This document shows, one piece after another, positions 17,166-28,918 of a stretch of 64,000 bases of DNA. Origin of the DNA: Lama guanicoe (lineage: Eukaryota); NCBI GenBank assembly GCA_013239625.1, contig MU056050.1, positions 2,342,084 through 2,406,083 of the forward strand, given 5' to 3'. The notes below the pieces were generated by a model that had not been told where the DNA came from, made no database searches, and saw only the letters and a list, made by a program, of their open reading frames with translations. Each line of letters begins with the position of its first letter. Position 1 is the stretch's first letter. Both the position numbers and the translations under genes were made by a program.

Positions 17166-18324
17166 GGCATTATAATACTCCAGATAAAAGAACTAAGTTT
17201 AGTGGTGGTAGAGAGTGGAAAAGACAGATTCAAGAGATTTAATAATATTAAATAATCCACATAAAGCACTCAGTTTAGTGCCCGGCACACATAGTAATGT
17301 CTCCATAAATATTAGTTGCTTTTAAGCAAGAAACCCTATTTGAGGAATTCTTAAGACTAGAACTCTCTAAGAAGGATCGGTTCTAATATTATCTCTTTCC
17401 ATGCCTTCCCCAACTTCCATGGGGTGAAATAATTCATCCCCTTCTCTATCCTCCCATAGAACTTTATACATACTGTATAACAGCACCTATTAAACCAGAT
17501 TGTGATTGTTCACACACCTATTTCACTGGTAGACAGTGACCTGGGACAGTATCACTAGGCAAAGAAAAGTATCACTGCCTACTGTTAAATCTAGTTAAAC
17601 TAGAGAACACACTACTTCTGGTTAGAACAATCATATCACTGCATGAATGTAAAAGAAATGCCAATAAACAGCCTTGCTGAAAATCTTTGCAATACAGCAG
17701 TGTATCCAGTATCTAAACCTATACTAATCTGAAGTATATAATTTTCATAATTAAACTTCAAGCAGTTTACCAGGAAGTAGGATAATATCACTCTTATGTT
17801 TTTAATGACATGAAAATAAAACACACAAATAAAAAATTGAAATTTTTCAAAAGTTGACTCTCTATGGAGATGGTTCTGCATAATTCTACTAGATTTTTCA
17901 AAAAGAAAAAAAAAATTTTATTATAACTTTCAGTAGAAGAAATTCCTAGAACTTTAACAGCCTTGTACAAGCCATAGAATGTATTATGCAAACTGAGCAA
18001 AGGCCACAGTAGGCTCCCCTTTAAAAACAAAAAAAAAAACACTCAACCTGTAAAATCCTATAATATGATGCATTAAAGAGAATTTTTATTAGGATTTATA
18101 GCTATGCAAACATGACAACTACAAAAACTAACTTGGTAGTCAAAATGAGCTAAAAATCACAAAAATAAATAGTCATTCTATCTGCAGTATATAATCAGCT
18201 ATACCATTAGCAAACACTCCTGGGCTTCCTCAAAATTGAGGCTCAGACATAAGCTGGTTGAAAGAAAGTAAATTAAATCCAGATATATTTTAGATTAATA
18301 AGAAGAAAAATAAATTAAAACTTA

Positions 18325-18429
<105 letters not shown>

Positions 18430-18524
18430 TTAAAAACGATGAGATGAAGAATTAGGAAAAGTCAAACACTTAGAGGTCAATGCACTAGAACAATAGTTAA
18501 AAATACAAAAATATTATGTATTTA

Positions 18525-18656
<132 letters not shown>

Positions 18657-19098
18657 CTAAGAAGAAGAGAGAAATAATAATTTCAGTAAGAGGTCCATTT
18701 TAATCCCTCCCACCCCCAAAAAACTTTATGTAAGCCTTGGAAAAACTGCAATTCCTTGATTTCATAGCACACCATCTCTAATTCCCCACACTATCACTGT
18801 ATTTCTCACAATGGTTATTTGTGTTTCTCCATATAAGAAAGCAAATGAGGCAAGGGAAGGAAAGAGGTTGCAAGAAAGAGGGGCTTTTATCCCTTTTCCT
18901 TTCTCAACATGGTAATCCTCCAAAACAGGAGGCTGTCAATCTTAAAAGATACTTTGTATGATATGCCAAAAGCTGTATTTAGCACATAGAGTATAAAATC
19001 ATTATTCACACAGGTGGTTAAAGCTTGTTCACAGTAAAATCTGCAGTATATCGTACCTAGACAAACACCGGACACACTGGATTTTTCTAGTCTCTTAC

Positions 19099-19140
19099 CG
19101 TTTTCTCTTTATCTTCTTGTTTGCTTCCATCAGACTGAAA
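19099..19140 (-). CDS. THOC2: THOC2 coding exon 13 (FQSDGSKQEDKEKT)
   Basis: Translation match; ttag acceptor, ACG|gtaaga donor; 42 nt. Confidence 0.94.
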
Positions 19141-22100
19141 CTAAAATTAAAAAACAACTATAAATAAAATGCAAAAAGGTTAAGATTATGCTGTCACAAT
19201 TTAGTTACTAAATTTGAAAAAAACTAACTTGCACACGGCTGTGAATTATTTCCTTACTTTTTACACACATGTAGATTTTAAATATAGCCAGTATTACCAA
19301 TTAACATTTTAAATTTTCATCTATATCTCTAACCTACAAATAATGTGTGACATTCATGAATTTTAAATATCAGTTTTATAAGCCAAGTCTTTTCTCAACT
19401 TCATTATCACAAACCAAAGCATCCTAAAACTGATCTGAGTATTTATTATAAAACTGTAGCAGCACAATTTCGTAATAATGCATTTGCATTTTTCTATCCA
19501 GATGTTCTAGTTTTCCCTCTACAAAATTAGTAAAAATCTAACATTAAAGCAACAACAACAAAAATTAAAGAAACTTAAAGCTATGTTTTAATTCATCACT
19601 ATTTAAGCCTTCACTAAGAAATAAGTCCAAAATATCAATAACATTGCTGACAAAGAGCAAACCACTGCCTAACTTGGACAGACTGAATGAAAAAAAACTG
19701 GGTCATTATTTTATCAGTGATTTGCAGGTGGGCTGCCGAAGTGCCATGCTTGACAACGTTGTCTATTCATTGAAAATGAAATTGCAACATTTATGTGTGT
19801 GTAGGCAGGTAGAGCGTTGGGGGAGTGTGCAAAAGCCAAAAGGACAATTGAAGCACTGATAGTCAAGGACAATCTAGATTTCTGGAAAGGATTTAGCTGA
19901 ATACCAAGTGTGAGAAGGGGAAAAGATAATATGCAGCTAGCAGGCTTCTTATTTTCTTGGTAGATAAGGGTATTTTGTGCATGTATGTTTTCATGCTTGA
20001 GTAATTTAATGGATATTACCACAGGGAAGTCTAACTTCTGTGCAACATTTTCACATAAGACTAATTCAGGGACTGCCATGTTACCTTGATGGGAAAACAC
20101 ACACAATCACTATTTTTTTAATTTGTAGGTTAAAAAGATAGGGTTCCCTTTCACAGAAACAATTAAGTCAACATATATCCTAGTCAGCAAATAAGGAGTC
20201 AGGTTACAGAGTGGCCTGGCAGAAAACAAACTAGATTGGTTTTGTTTTGTTTGGGGGAGGTGGGTAATTCTGGTGGCATATTAGGTATGAAATAAGAAAT
20301 AGGGTATGTCATAATTGGAAGAACTATATGAGCTGGGAATAAAGACAGTTAAGTCCTTTCCCCGTAATACTGTGATTCAAACAAAACTAATAAAGCTACA
20401 CATCGTTTTCTCCATACAAATAAAACATTTTCTAGTTACTAAGCTATTCCAATTCCCTTACTAGAAACTTACATTAATTTCTAATGTCTATATGTCAATT
20501 CTCTAGATTTCATAAGCAGGAAAATTTGAAAAAGAGAAAACAAATATGGAAAGCACAATGGATCTAGAAGAGCAGTAAAAACCTTTCTATCAAAGGCTAA
20601 TTGTAACTAAGATGAACAAAAAATAAATCAAGAGGAACAGACAGGTAAAAGTATTTCCTTTTACTTGGTAAGATATAAAGACACATTTGCCTCCCTCAAT
20701 GGTTTCTTTTTCTTTTAGTTTAATTTAATTTGCTTTTTAACTCAGAGCACATATAAAACTCTCCATTCCCACAGTAGAATACTCAAAGTTTTATTGAATT
20801 GCCAGGCAAAAATAGGAGGAAGAAAAGAAGGGGAGGGACAAAAGACATTCATTCATTCACTATGTGCCAGGAACTGGGAATTCAAAGATGAACAGGACAG
20901 AGTTCCTAACTTTGAGGATCTCTTTAAGATCAAGACTACACTTATCAATGTACTGTTAGGAACTGGATTTTTTAAGTCTGAATAAAATTGAGCACTCACA
21001 ATTATGTCTAGACAGGCCATCAGTTATAAATGATGGCAAGCATAACACTACTGAGCACAAAAGGGTGGGTGTCCATCAAGAGGAGGCTTTTGGGGAATCG
21101 AGAAATAAAGGCTGCGAAAAGCTGTAGATATAACTAATCACTTTTTAGTTATTAGTGTGCTATTTTTAGTACCTCTAACCCATGAACATTCCAAATGCTG
21201 CTTTAGACTATACTTTATCTCAGAAAAGAAAAATATTTAAGCCTTGTGACTAGATTGGATTGGAACCTGAAGCTACATCTAAGAATTATGGCATTTATTT
21301 TCACCTATTTTTCTTGTTCTTATTAACTACCATTTATTGAATACACGCTATGGGCCATATAATAGGCTAAGAATTTCACATTCATGTCTTAAAACTACTC
21401 TATGAGGAAAATAGTTTTGCTATAAAGAATCTAAATAAGAGCAAAATAACTTAGAGACTGGAAAATATAACCTGTGTTAAAAGTTACAGGAACCTGAGTT
21501 TACAGCCTGGAGAAGAGACACATGAATCGACTTTCAATGTTTTGGTTCAAAGCCTTTTTATCTTTCAGTCAGAAACTTAAAAGACTTTGTGAAACACTTA
21601 GAAATCACCTCAACTTTGATACTGTATCATTTATGAAAACATAGGAAGAGATAATAAATGAAAAGTACTACCTTCCACCATATTTCATTTTCAGTTAATA
21701 CAAATCTGTACTAAGATGCCAAAGAACAAGTAATATGGTCACCTACACACACTTTTTATCCCAGGGTAAATAACAGCACAACCTTTCGATCTTGAGAGTT
21801 CTGGATTAGACAATAAAGTATGTGGTCTCCCTAACTACCACATGGGTAGCATTCAAATTACAATAAACAACTTGCGGAAGTGGTTTAAATATTAAAATAT
21901 ATCAAACAAAACAACCTGCTAAATAGCTATGCTCAACTTCCTAAAATTCACTACCCCAAAAGGAATTACTATGGTTAAAACACTGGTCATGTTATAAAAG
22001 TGTGCTTTGTTTTTACACAAGCAGGGTTCTAACAAGCTGTATGTAAAAAATGAGTATTTTCAATGCACTTAATGAGTATGTGGTTTGTTTAAATGAATTC

Positions 22101-22211
22101 TCTTTATAAAAGGAGCTCATAATAGTCTTTTGTAAAACAGAAAATTGTCCTGTAAATCTATCTTTAAGGCAAATTAAGGTTTTCATACGGAATTTAATGT
22201 AATATGCCCTT

Positions 22212-22650
22212 GTGTTTCAGTTTAGATTCCTCCAGAAGCAGACCCTATTCAAGTGCAGGCACAGTTTATTTGGGAAATAATTTTAGGAACCACCAGTAGG
22301 AAATTGTTCCTGTGGGTAGCCAAAGCTTAATGCCACTGGAGACTCTGAGGGTCTGTGTAGAAATACATCTTAGAGTTATTCCATTTGAGGACAAGGTAGT
22401 TATAAACCTACTCCTGTCTTTTCATTGGTTGAGAGCTCAGGAGAGGGGACAAGGCAAGTCAGTTCCCCAGCAATTCCAGGCTACAAATTCCTGTACTACC
22501 TGTGCAGGCTCCTAAGGGCCAGAAAAGCCCTCATAAAAAGAGATACAAGTGTCAGCAGTTGAAAATTGTGCCAGCACACACTGAAATGGTAAGGACCTGG
22601 CCTAAGAGCCAGCCAAAGGAATAAGCGTAGGATCTGATAGCATCTGCTAT
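22212..22650. mobile_element. MaLR (MLT1H/I/J-like) solo LTR
   Basis: tgtttcagtttagattcctccagaagcagaccct...agtttatttggga start typical of MLT1 LTRs. Confidence 0.6.
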
Positions 22651-24639
22651 GCCCTGCATAGACAAATGGCCAAACCTCCAAGAGGTGAGCGTTTTCACAA
22701 ATATTCTTAAATGATACCTCTTTAACGAACTTCAAACTTTTTTCTTTTTAAGAAAATGAACAGTGAGGTTCAATTTCAGGAAACAGCCTTTGAGAGGAGG
22801 TATAGGGGTTGAATCAGTTGTTTAAAGCATGCATGTGTTCTATACTAAAATTTCTACTTTTCTTTCTCATATAAAATGTACTTTTTAAAATTACAGTCCG
22901 CACAGAGCCTACATTTGCCTATTAATAGACTGAATATCTGCCTATCCTTGTATGTTTATATACCTCTTAGGTAAAAAGCACAGCTAATGGGAAGAATTAA
23001 AATCCTATTGTAATTTATTACCTTAACTATGATTCTACACCTTGATTAGAATTATCACATGAATATATTCAATAATAGCTAAAGTGCCCTGAGTTCAAAC
23101 CAATTATATAGGGATAATACAAGTGCAAATATAAACATCCTAACAGTTCTTCCCTGCTCAAGGCTCATTAAACAGCAAGGGTGCTGTAGATGAAACTTGG
23201 TCTCCAACTCTAGAATTCTTCATTTGCTTTGTATAAGTCTCATAATAGCAAACGTACATAGGGAAGCTTAATAAGTGGCACCAATGATAGCAGTGTCTGT
23301 TTCTACTTACAGACAGTAAGAATTACAATGCAAGGTTCTGACTGTCTAAAATATTTTAAAAATTTGTTTGTACTTAAAAATGGAGACATGTCCATAACTA
23401 CCCTTGACTAGTTCACTCACAAAACCCTAGCAACAAAATTTCCTTTACTTGATAAAAATTCCTTGATGTATTTGTTACTAATGCATAACAAATTTCAACA
23501 ATAAAAGAGGAAAAAATTTTGACTATCACTACCATATAAAGAAGCTAAAGGCATTCCTATATAAAACCAAGTCTGCTCTTGAGGGAAATGAAGCTGCTAC
23601 TTTAAAGTGGCATCTTATATTTAAAGACAGAAACAGATTAAAGTATATTAATACTTTAAAACAAATCATCAAAAGCCACTGTAGTAATAACTTACATAAG
23701 TGATAACTTAGGAATTCATGACAAGTATTTTTTTAACACTCTAAAATTGAATACCTAATTATTAGTATCTAATTAATGTCATTTGATCCTTATTGCAACC
23801 CCAGGAGCTAGATAAGGCAAGTATTATTACCACCTGTCTCTGGCTTAGATAAGTGACCAACTTAAGGTCACATAACTAGCAAGTAGCTAGCAGCTCATCC
23901 TGATGAAACTAGTTAACCTAACGATCAATTGCTAATGTTTTAATTACTCTGGGGGACAGGCTTAAATGAAGAATCTGTGCTCAAGTTAGGTTCCAAAGTC
24001 AATACATAAAGTGAAAATTACATACATTCACAATTACCCTAAAAAGTTCCTTAAATCATCTATCAAGTACATATATATGTTATCTTTCATTTAAGTCCAA
24101 CTCAAGACTGTTTTCCTTGTCTAGTACTAGGAGAAATCACTATTAAGTGAACACTGTTTCATGAACATATGAAAATAAGATAGTGACTGGCTTGCATTTA
24201 GGGGCCATATCACATGAAAACACATTAGTTTAAATACTAGACTAACTGAATGAAGTGAGACATGCTCTAAGAGACCTGAGAAACTGAACCAAAATGAAAG
24301 AAAAAATTTCTCCAATTTCACCCTTACTCCTAGGCATACACAGAGTATTTTGATGGAACAAGTCTGGCCACACTCACATAAACTAAGTACAGGTATGGTG
24401 TAACTTCACTGTACTTGAACCCTGTACCTTCATCCCAAAGGAATATTAATTTTGAGCTCTAATCTACACAACCAGGCTAGTTCTTAAATTTTGAAAAGAA
24501 ACAAATAAAGTGAAGCAGGATCACAGACTCTCCCTCCTCTAACTGACCAAAGAAAAAAAGCCAAAATTCTAAAGTAGCTGGTTCATAAATTAGAGTTTCA
24601 GAATCAATGGTCTAAAATACATTCTCTCCCTAGCAACCC

Positions 24640-24875
24640 AAATTTTTATCAAAAATTTGAGGTTTACATAAAAGTTGAATGGATAGCATACTATCCATAA
24701 ATACCGATATATCTACCTTGTAGATTCAACAACTGACATTCTTTTTTTTGACCAAAAAAAATTGCAGACATGACACTTCATCTCAAAATAATTCAGTATG
24801 CATCTCCTAAGAATAAGGACATTCTTCCACATTACCATTATCACAACTATTCCTAATATCATCTAATACCCAATC
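24640..24875 (-). mobile_element. Old L1 (L1MC-like) 3' fragment
   Basis: ttgcagacatgacacttcatctc...ttcagtatgcatctcctaagaataaggacattct. Confidence 0.6.
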
Positions 24876-25890
24876 TAAAGTATATTCTGACCCTTTTTAA
24901 CTTTAGGTTTCTCTAAGCTTTACCTGTGACTCAATTTAGAGCACTCTGGCTTTTTACCAAAGGTCAATATAAGAAATAGCCATATAAAGAGACTAGCCAG
25001 ACAAATGAATTAAGATGACAGAGTGAAGTTTAAACAGAATTTCTCTCCCTCAATCCCTAATGCAATGAACAATGTTTTCCTGTTTTTTTAATGCCCCAAA
25101 TTCACCACCGACCAAGGAAGAAAAGAGGAAACTATACTATTAACTTAAAGGGGATAAACACATATGTACACACACACATACACACAAGATTCTGTACTAC
25201 ACACTGTGCGGTATGTGCTCCGGCCTTTAACTCAATCCCCAGAAGTAGTACTGAGCAAGGAAGGTAAAGTGCCAAAATCCTTTAGGCAACACGGCCTGCA
25301 AAGAAAGCAGCCTGAGGAAAAGCCCTTGTGAGTAGAAGCCCAACAGGACTCTGTCAAAGGTAGAACCAGCTGCCAAGGCTTGCTTTCTCTCAAACGAACT
25401 GGGCTCAGATGGGTAAGGGAATCAAAGCCCAAGGGAGTTAGATATCCACTTGGCTGGGCATGCCTAGTATAGGATGGGTAATAGGATCTCAGAAGAGAAA
25501 GCAGAAGTCCCCTAAATGAGGGCTATACTCAGCCTCACCAAGCTCATTCACTCCTCTACTCTAGACTACAGACAAGACTGTGAAAAGAGAACCCAATACT
25601 CAAACCATAGCTTGGCAGGTAGAAGGACTGGTCATAAATAAGGTGGGAAGGGTGGGAGGATTCAGTCACACTGTATTAGAAAGAAGTTGAGCAGAGCTGT
25701 TCATGTTAAGATAAAGAGAAACACTAGCTACTATGGAAATATAAATAGTCCCCCAAAAAGCATGTAACAGACAAATGAACTTAGCCTGGGAGAAAGTAGA
25801 AGACAAAGGTCAGAGACAGATTTTCCACAAGTTTCTGCCCAGTCATAGAAAATAGTATGAAGAATGAACTCGATAAAACAAGAAAAGCTC

Positions 25891-26699
25891 AGGACCAAAA
25901 TGGTGGAGTAGAAGGACTTTAAGCTTACCTCCTCTCACAAGTATACCAAAATCACTGCTAACTAAAGGACAACTACTGATGAAAAAGACTGGAACCCACC
26001 AGAAAAGATTTTCTACAGCCAAAGACATAACACAACAATACAGGTAAGATAGGTGGACTTGTGATGTAATAAAATCCTATACTCCCTGGGTGGGCAACCT
26101 ACAAACTGGAGAATATTTATATTACAGAGGTTCTCCCAAAGCAGTGAGAATTCTGGGCCCCATGTCAGGTCTTCAGCCTGGGGGTCTGGCACTGGGAAGA
26201 GGAGCCCCCAGAGCATTTCGCTTTGAAGGCCAGCGGGGCTTGACTGCAGGAGCTCCACAGGACTAGCAGAAATAGAGACTTCACTCTTAAAACACAAACA
26301 CATGGAGGCTAAACAACATGCTGTAAAACAACCAACGGATCACTGACGAAATCAAAAAATACCTAAAGACAAATGAAAACAAAAACACGACAATCCGAAA
26401 ACCTATGGAATGAGGCAAAAGCAATTCTATGAGGGAAATTTACAGCAACACATGCTTACCTCAGGTAACAAGAAAAATCTCAAATAAACAACCTAACCTT
26501 TATACCTAAAGCAACTAGAGAAAAACAAAACCCAAATTTAGTAGCAAAAGGGAAAAAATCTTAAAGATGAGAGCAGAAATAAATGAAATAGGGGCTAAAA
26601 TACAACAGAAAAGATCAATGAAACTAAAACACTGGTTCTTTGAAAGATAAACAGAATTGATAAACCGTTAGCCAGACTCATCAAGAATAAAAGGAAGAG
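25891..26699 (+). mobile_element. LINE-1, left part: 5'UTR (~25891-26290) fused directly to an ORF2 segment
   Basis: Begins ggaccaaaatggtggagtagaaggac (L1 5' end, YY1-like motif); from ~26295 reads as ORF2 (catggaggctaaacaacatg...aaagatcaatgaaactaaa...gccagactcatcaag); ORF1 absent. Confidence 0.8.
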
Positions 26700-28918
26700 G
26701 CCAAGCCTGAGAGGGTGTGGAGGTGGCGGTGCGCCTCCTCTGAGGGGCTCCAGCCCGGCGGTGGAGGCGCCCGCGGCCCCAGAACGATTTGAGGATGAGG
26801 CCGCGAGGCGATGGCGCTGCGCGGCCCCCTCCAGCGTCCGCACCCGGAGTAAGGCAGAAGAGAATGAAAGAAGTAGATAATCTTGAAGGTAGAAAAGAAG
26901 AATGGGTTTGTGAAACAGGATCTGACCACCAACATCTTACTGATAATCGACAAAAAAAAAATTGTGAATATTTTGTTGACAGCCTTTCTGGGGAAGCTCA
27001 GAAGGTTGGTGCCAAATGTTTGACCCCCACTGAACAAAAGAAACAGGTGGATGTAAGCATAAAATTATGGAAAAATAGATTCACAGTCGATGATTTCAGA
27101 AGTTATTCTGATGGTGCAAGTCAGCAGTTTCTGAACTCCATCAAAAAAGGGGAATTACCTTTAGAATTACAGGGAGTCTTTGATAAAGAGGAGGTGGATA
27201 TTGAAGTTGAAGATAAGAAAAATGAAGTATGTATATCAACGAAGCCTGTGTTCCAGCCCTTCTCAGGACAGAGTCACAGACTGGGAAGTGCCACACCAAA
27301 AACTGTTTCTAAAGCAAAGAGTAATGAAGTAGAGAATAAAAATAAGTTGTCTACTGTTCCACTAAACAATCTGGAACCCATCAGTAATGGACAGATCTGG
27401 TTAGCCAATGGGAAAAGGACTGTCCAGAAATTTAACATTTCTCATAGGATAAGCCACATCAAAGACTTCATCGAAAAATACCAAGGATCTCAAAGAAGTC
27501 CTCCCTTTTCCCTGGCAACAGCTCTTCCTTTCCTCAAATTGCTAGATGAAACACTCACACTGGAAGAAGCAGATTTGCAGAATACTGTGATCATTCAGAG
27601 ACTCAAAAAAATTGCTGAACCTTTTAAAGAACGTTCATAACATTGGTTTTTGATACACTAAGTGGAGAGTTTCCAGAGAAATGATTGTAAGTGGACGTGC
27701 AAACCAAAATGGGGGAAAGTCAGATTTGCTGGGCTTGGCACTATTCAGCTCCCTCCTGATGAGAAGATTTTTAAATAAGTGCAAGTTAGGAACTTAAACT
27801 ATGACTGGAAACTGTATTCTGTGAACTTTTTCCAGAAAGCTACCCAGAAAAATACACATATTTTCAAATACCAATAATTCAATATAAGATATATTAAATA
27901 ACTATATCATTTAAAATCTTAATAGGGTATACATTAGCAAATAGGTTCACAGCATCTTTCATTCAAACATTATTCCCAAGCAGCAGTGACTTATTTAAAT
28001 GTTAGCTGTCTCAGATTTTTTTAAATAGCAATACATTAAAAAAAAGTTGTACATGGCAGGTCAAAAACATCAGTATAATTTTTTTATATCTGATATACAA
28101 TCAAAAGGCTGGAAGGAACTGCTTTCCACAGCTATGCATAAACCTTCAAAGTATTCCCAATTTGCATTCTGTAATGTTAAGATACACTCAGATATTAATT
28201 TGGCAACAGTATCTGGGATGTATTTTCATTAAGAATAAATTTGTGTACCTTAGTATAATGTCAGTATCAATCTGCCTACCCACATTTCAGCATTTTTGAA
28301 ACGTATAAACTTTTAAAAATTATTTTTTCTCTAGAAACCCCAGTTCATCCCCTATTTTATTTTCTTTCAGAAATTAGGGATTTGTTCTTAGCTGACATTT
28401 GGAGTGGGCTGGTTGTTTGCCATCACTCACTGAGAACCTAATGCTTGTGTTGTCATATTACTAATGAATATTTTTAATGCATCCTGTAAAGTATGGTTTT
28501 CTATTCCATATATCAGTCAGCGTGTTTATATATTAAAGGATTATTTGTCATATTATGTCACCCAGGAAAACATGCTTTGTATCTTAGATTTTTAACTAAA
28601 ATTGGTTAGACTTCAGTATTTCACTGTCAGATTAAATCCCCTTGCCTGAAAATAAGTTTAAGGAGCTTTTTTTACACATGATCTATTGAATCATAGTTAA
28701 AATGAAATATACATTGAGTGTGCCAAGGAACTAAGTGGTCATGCCTATTAGCAGTAATGTTCGTGGATGCTGGACATCTGCTGGAAGGAGCAGTTCTCAG
28801 TCTTTTTCGTCTCAAGACCTTCTGCTTATGTGGGTTTATATATATATTAATATTTAAAATGAAAGTTATAAAACATTTATTCATTAAAAGTAATAAACAT
28901 GTGTAAAAAACAAACAAA
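26700..28918 (+). other. UBXN2A: Full-length processed retrocopy of UBXN2A mRNA (retrogene or processed pseudogene)
   Basis: Intronless; GC-rich 5'UTR; CDS; ~1.26 kb 3'UTR; ATTAAA 28883 and AATAAA 28892; A-rich tail from 28905; 17-bp TSD AAGAATAAAAGGAAGAG at 26683-26699 and 28919-28935. Confidence 0.95.
26864..27640 (+). CDS. UBXN2A: Uninterrupted UBXN2A-like ORF, 258 aa (SEP domain, SHP box, UBX domain; p97/VCP cofactor family); expression unknown
   Basis: MKEVDNL...EEWVCETGSD...VDVSIKLWKN.FTVDDFRSYSDGASQQFLNSIKKGELP...QIWLANGKR.VQKFN...DETLTLEEADLQN aligns end to end with recalled mammalian UBXN2A; no stop or frameshift. Confidence 0.75.
   Translation: MKEVDNLEGRKEEWVCETGSDHQHLTDNRQKKNCEYFVDSLSGEAQKVGAKCLTPTEQKKQVDVSIKLWKNRFTVDDFRSYSDGASQQFLNSIKKGELPLELQGVFDKEEVDIEVEDKKNEVCISTKPVFQPFSGQSHRLGSATPKTVSKAKSNEVENKNKLSTVPLNNLEPISNGQIWLANGKRTVQKFNISHRISHIKDFIEKYQGSQRSPPFSLATALPFLKLLDETLTLEEADLQNTVIIQRLKKIAEPFKERS

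Noticed and set aside
16838..17242. 134-aa plus-strand ORF
   Set aside because: Lies in a purine-rich antisense L2 fragment; no homology recognised.
17900..18050. Possible alternative terminal exon in intron 15 (T-tract-AAAG acceptor near 18019, AATAAA near 17920 on the minus strand)
   Set aside because: These signals are too common in AT-rich introns to support a call without transcript data.
26789..26794. ORF-track start of the 283-aa ORF at 26789
   Set aside because: The start codon is TTG; the first ATG is at 26795 and the start orthologous to UBXN2A is at 26864.
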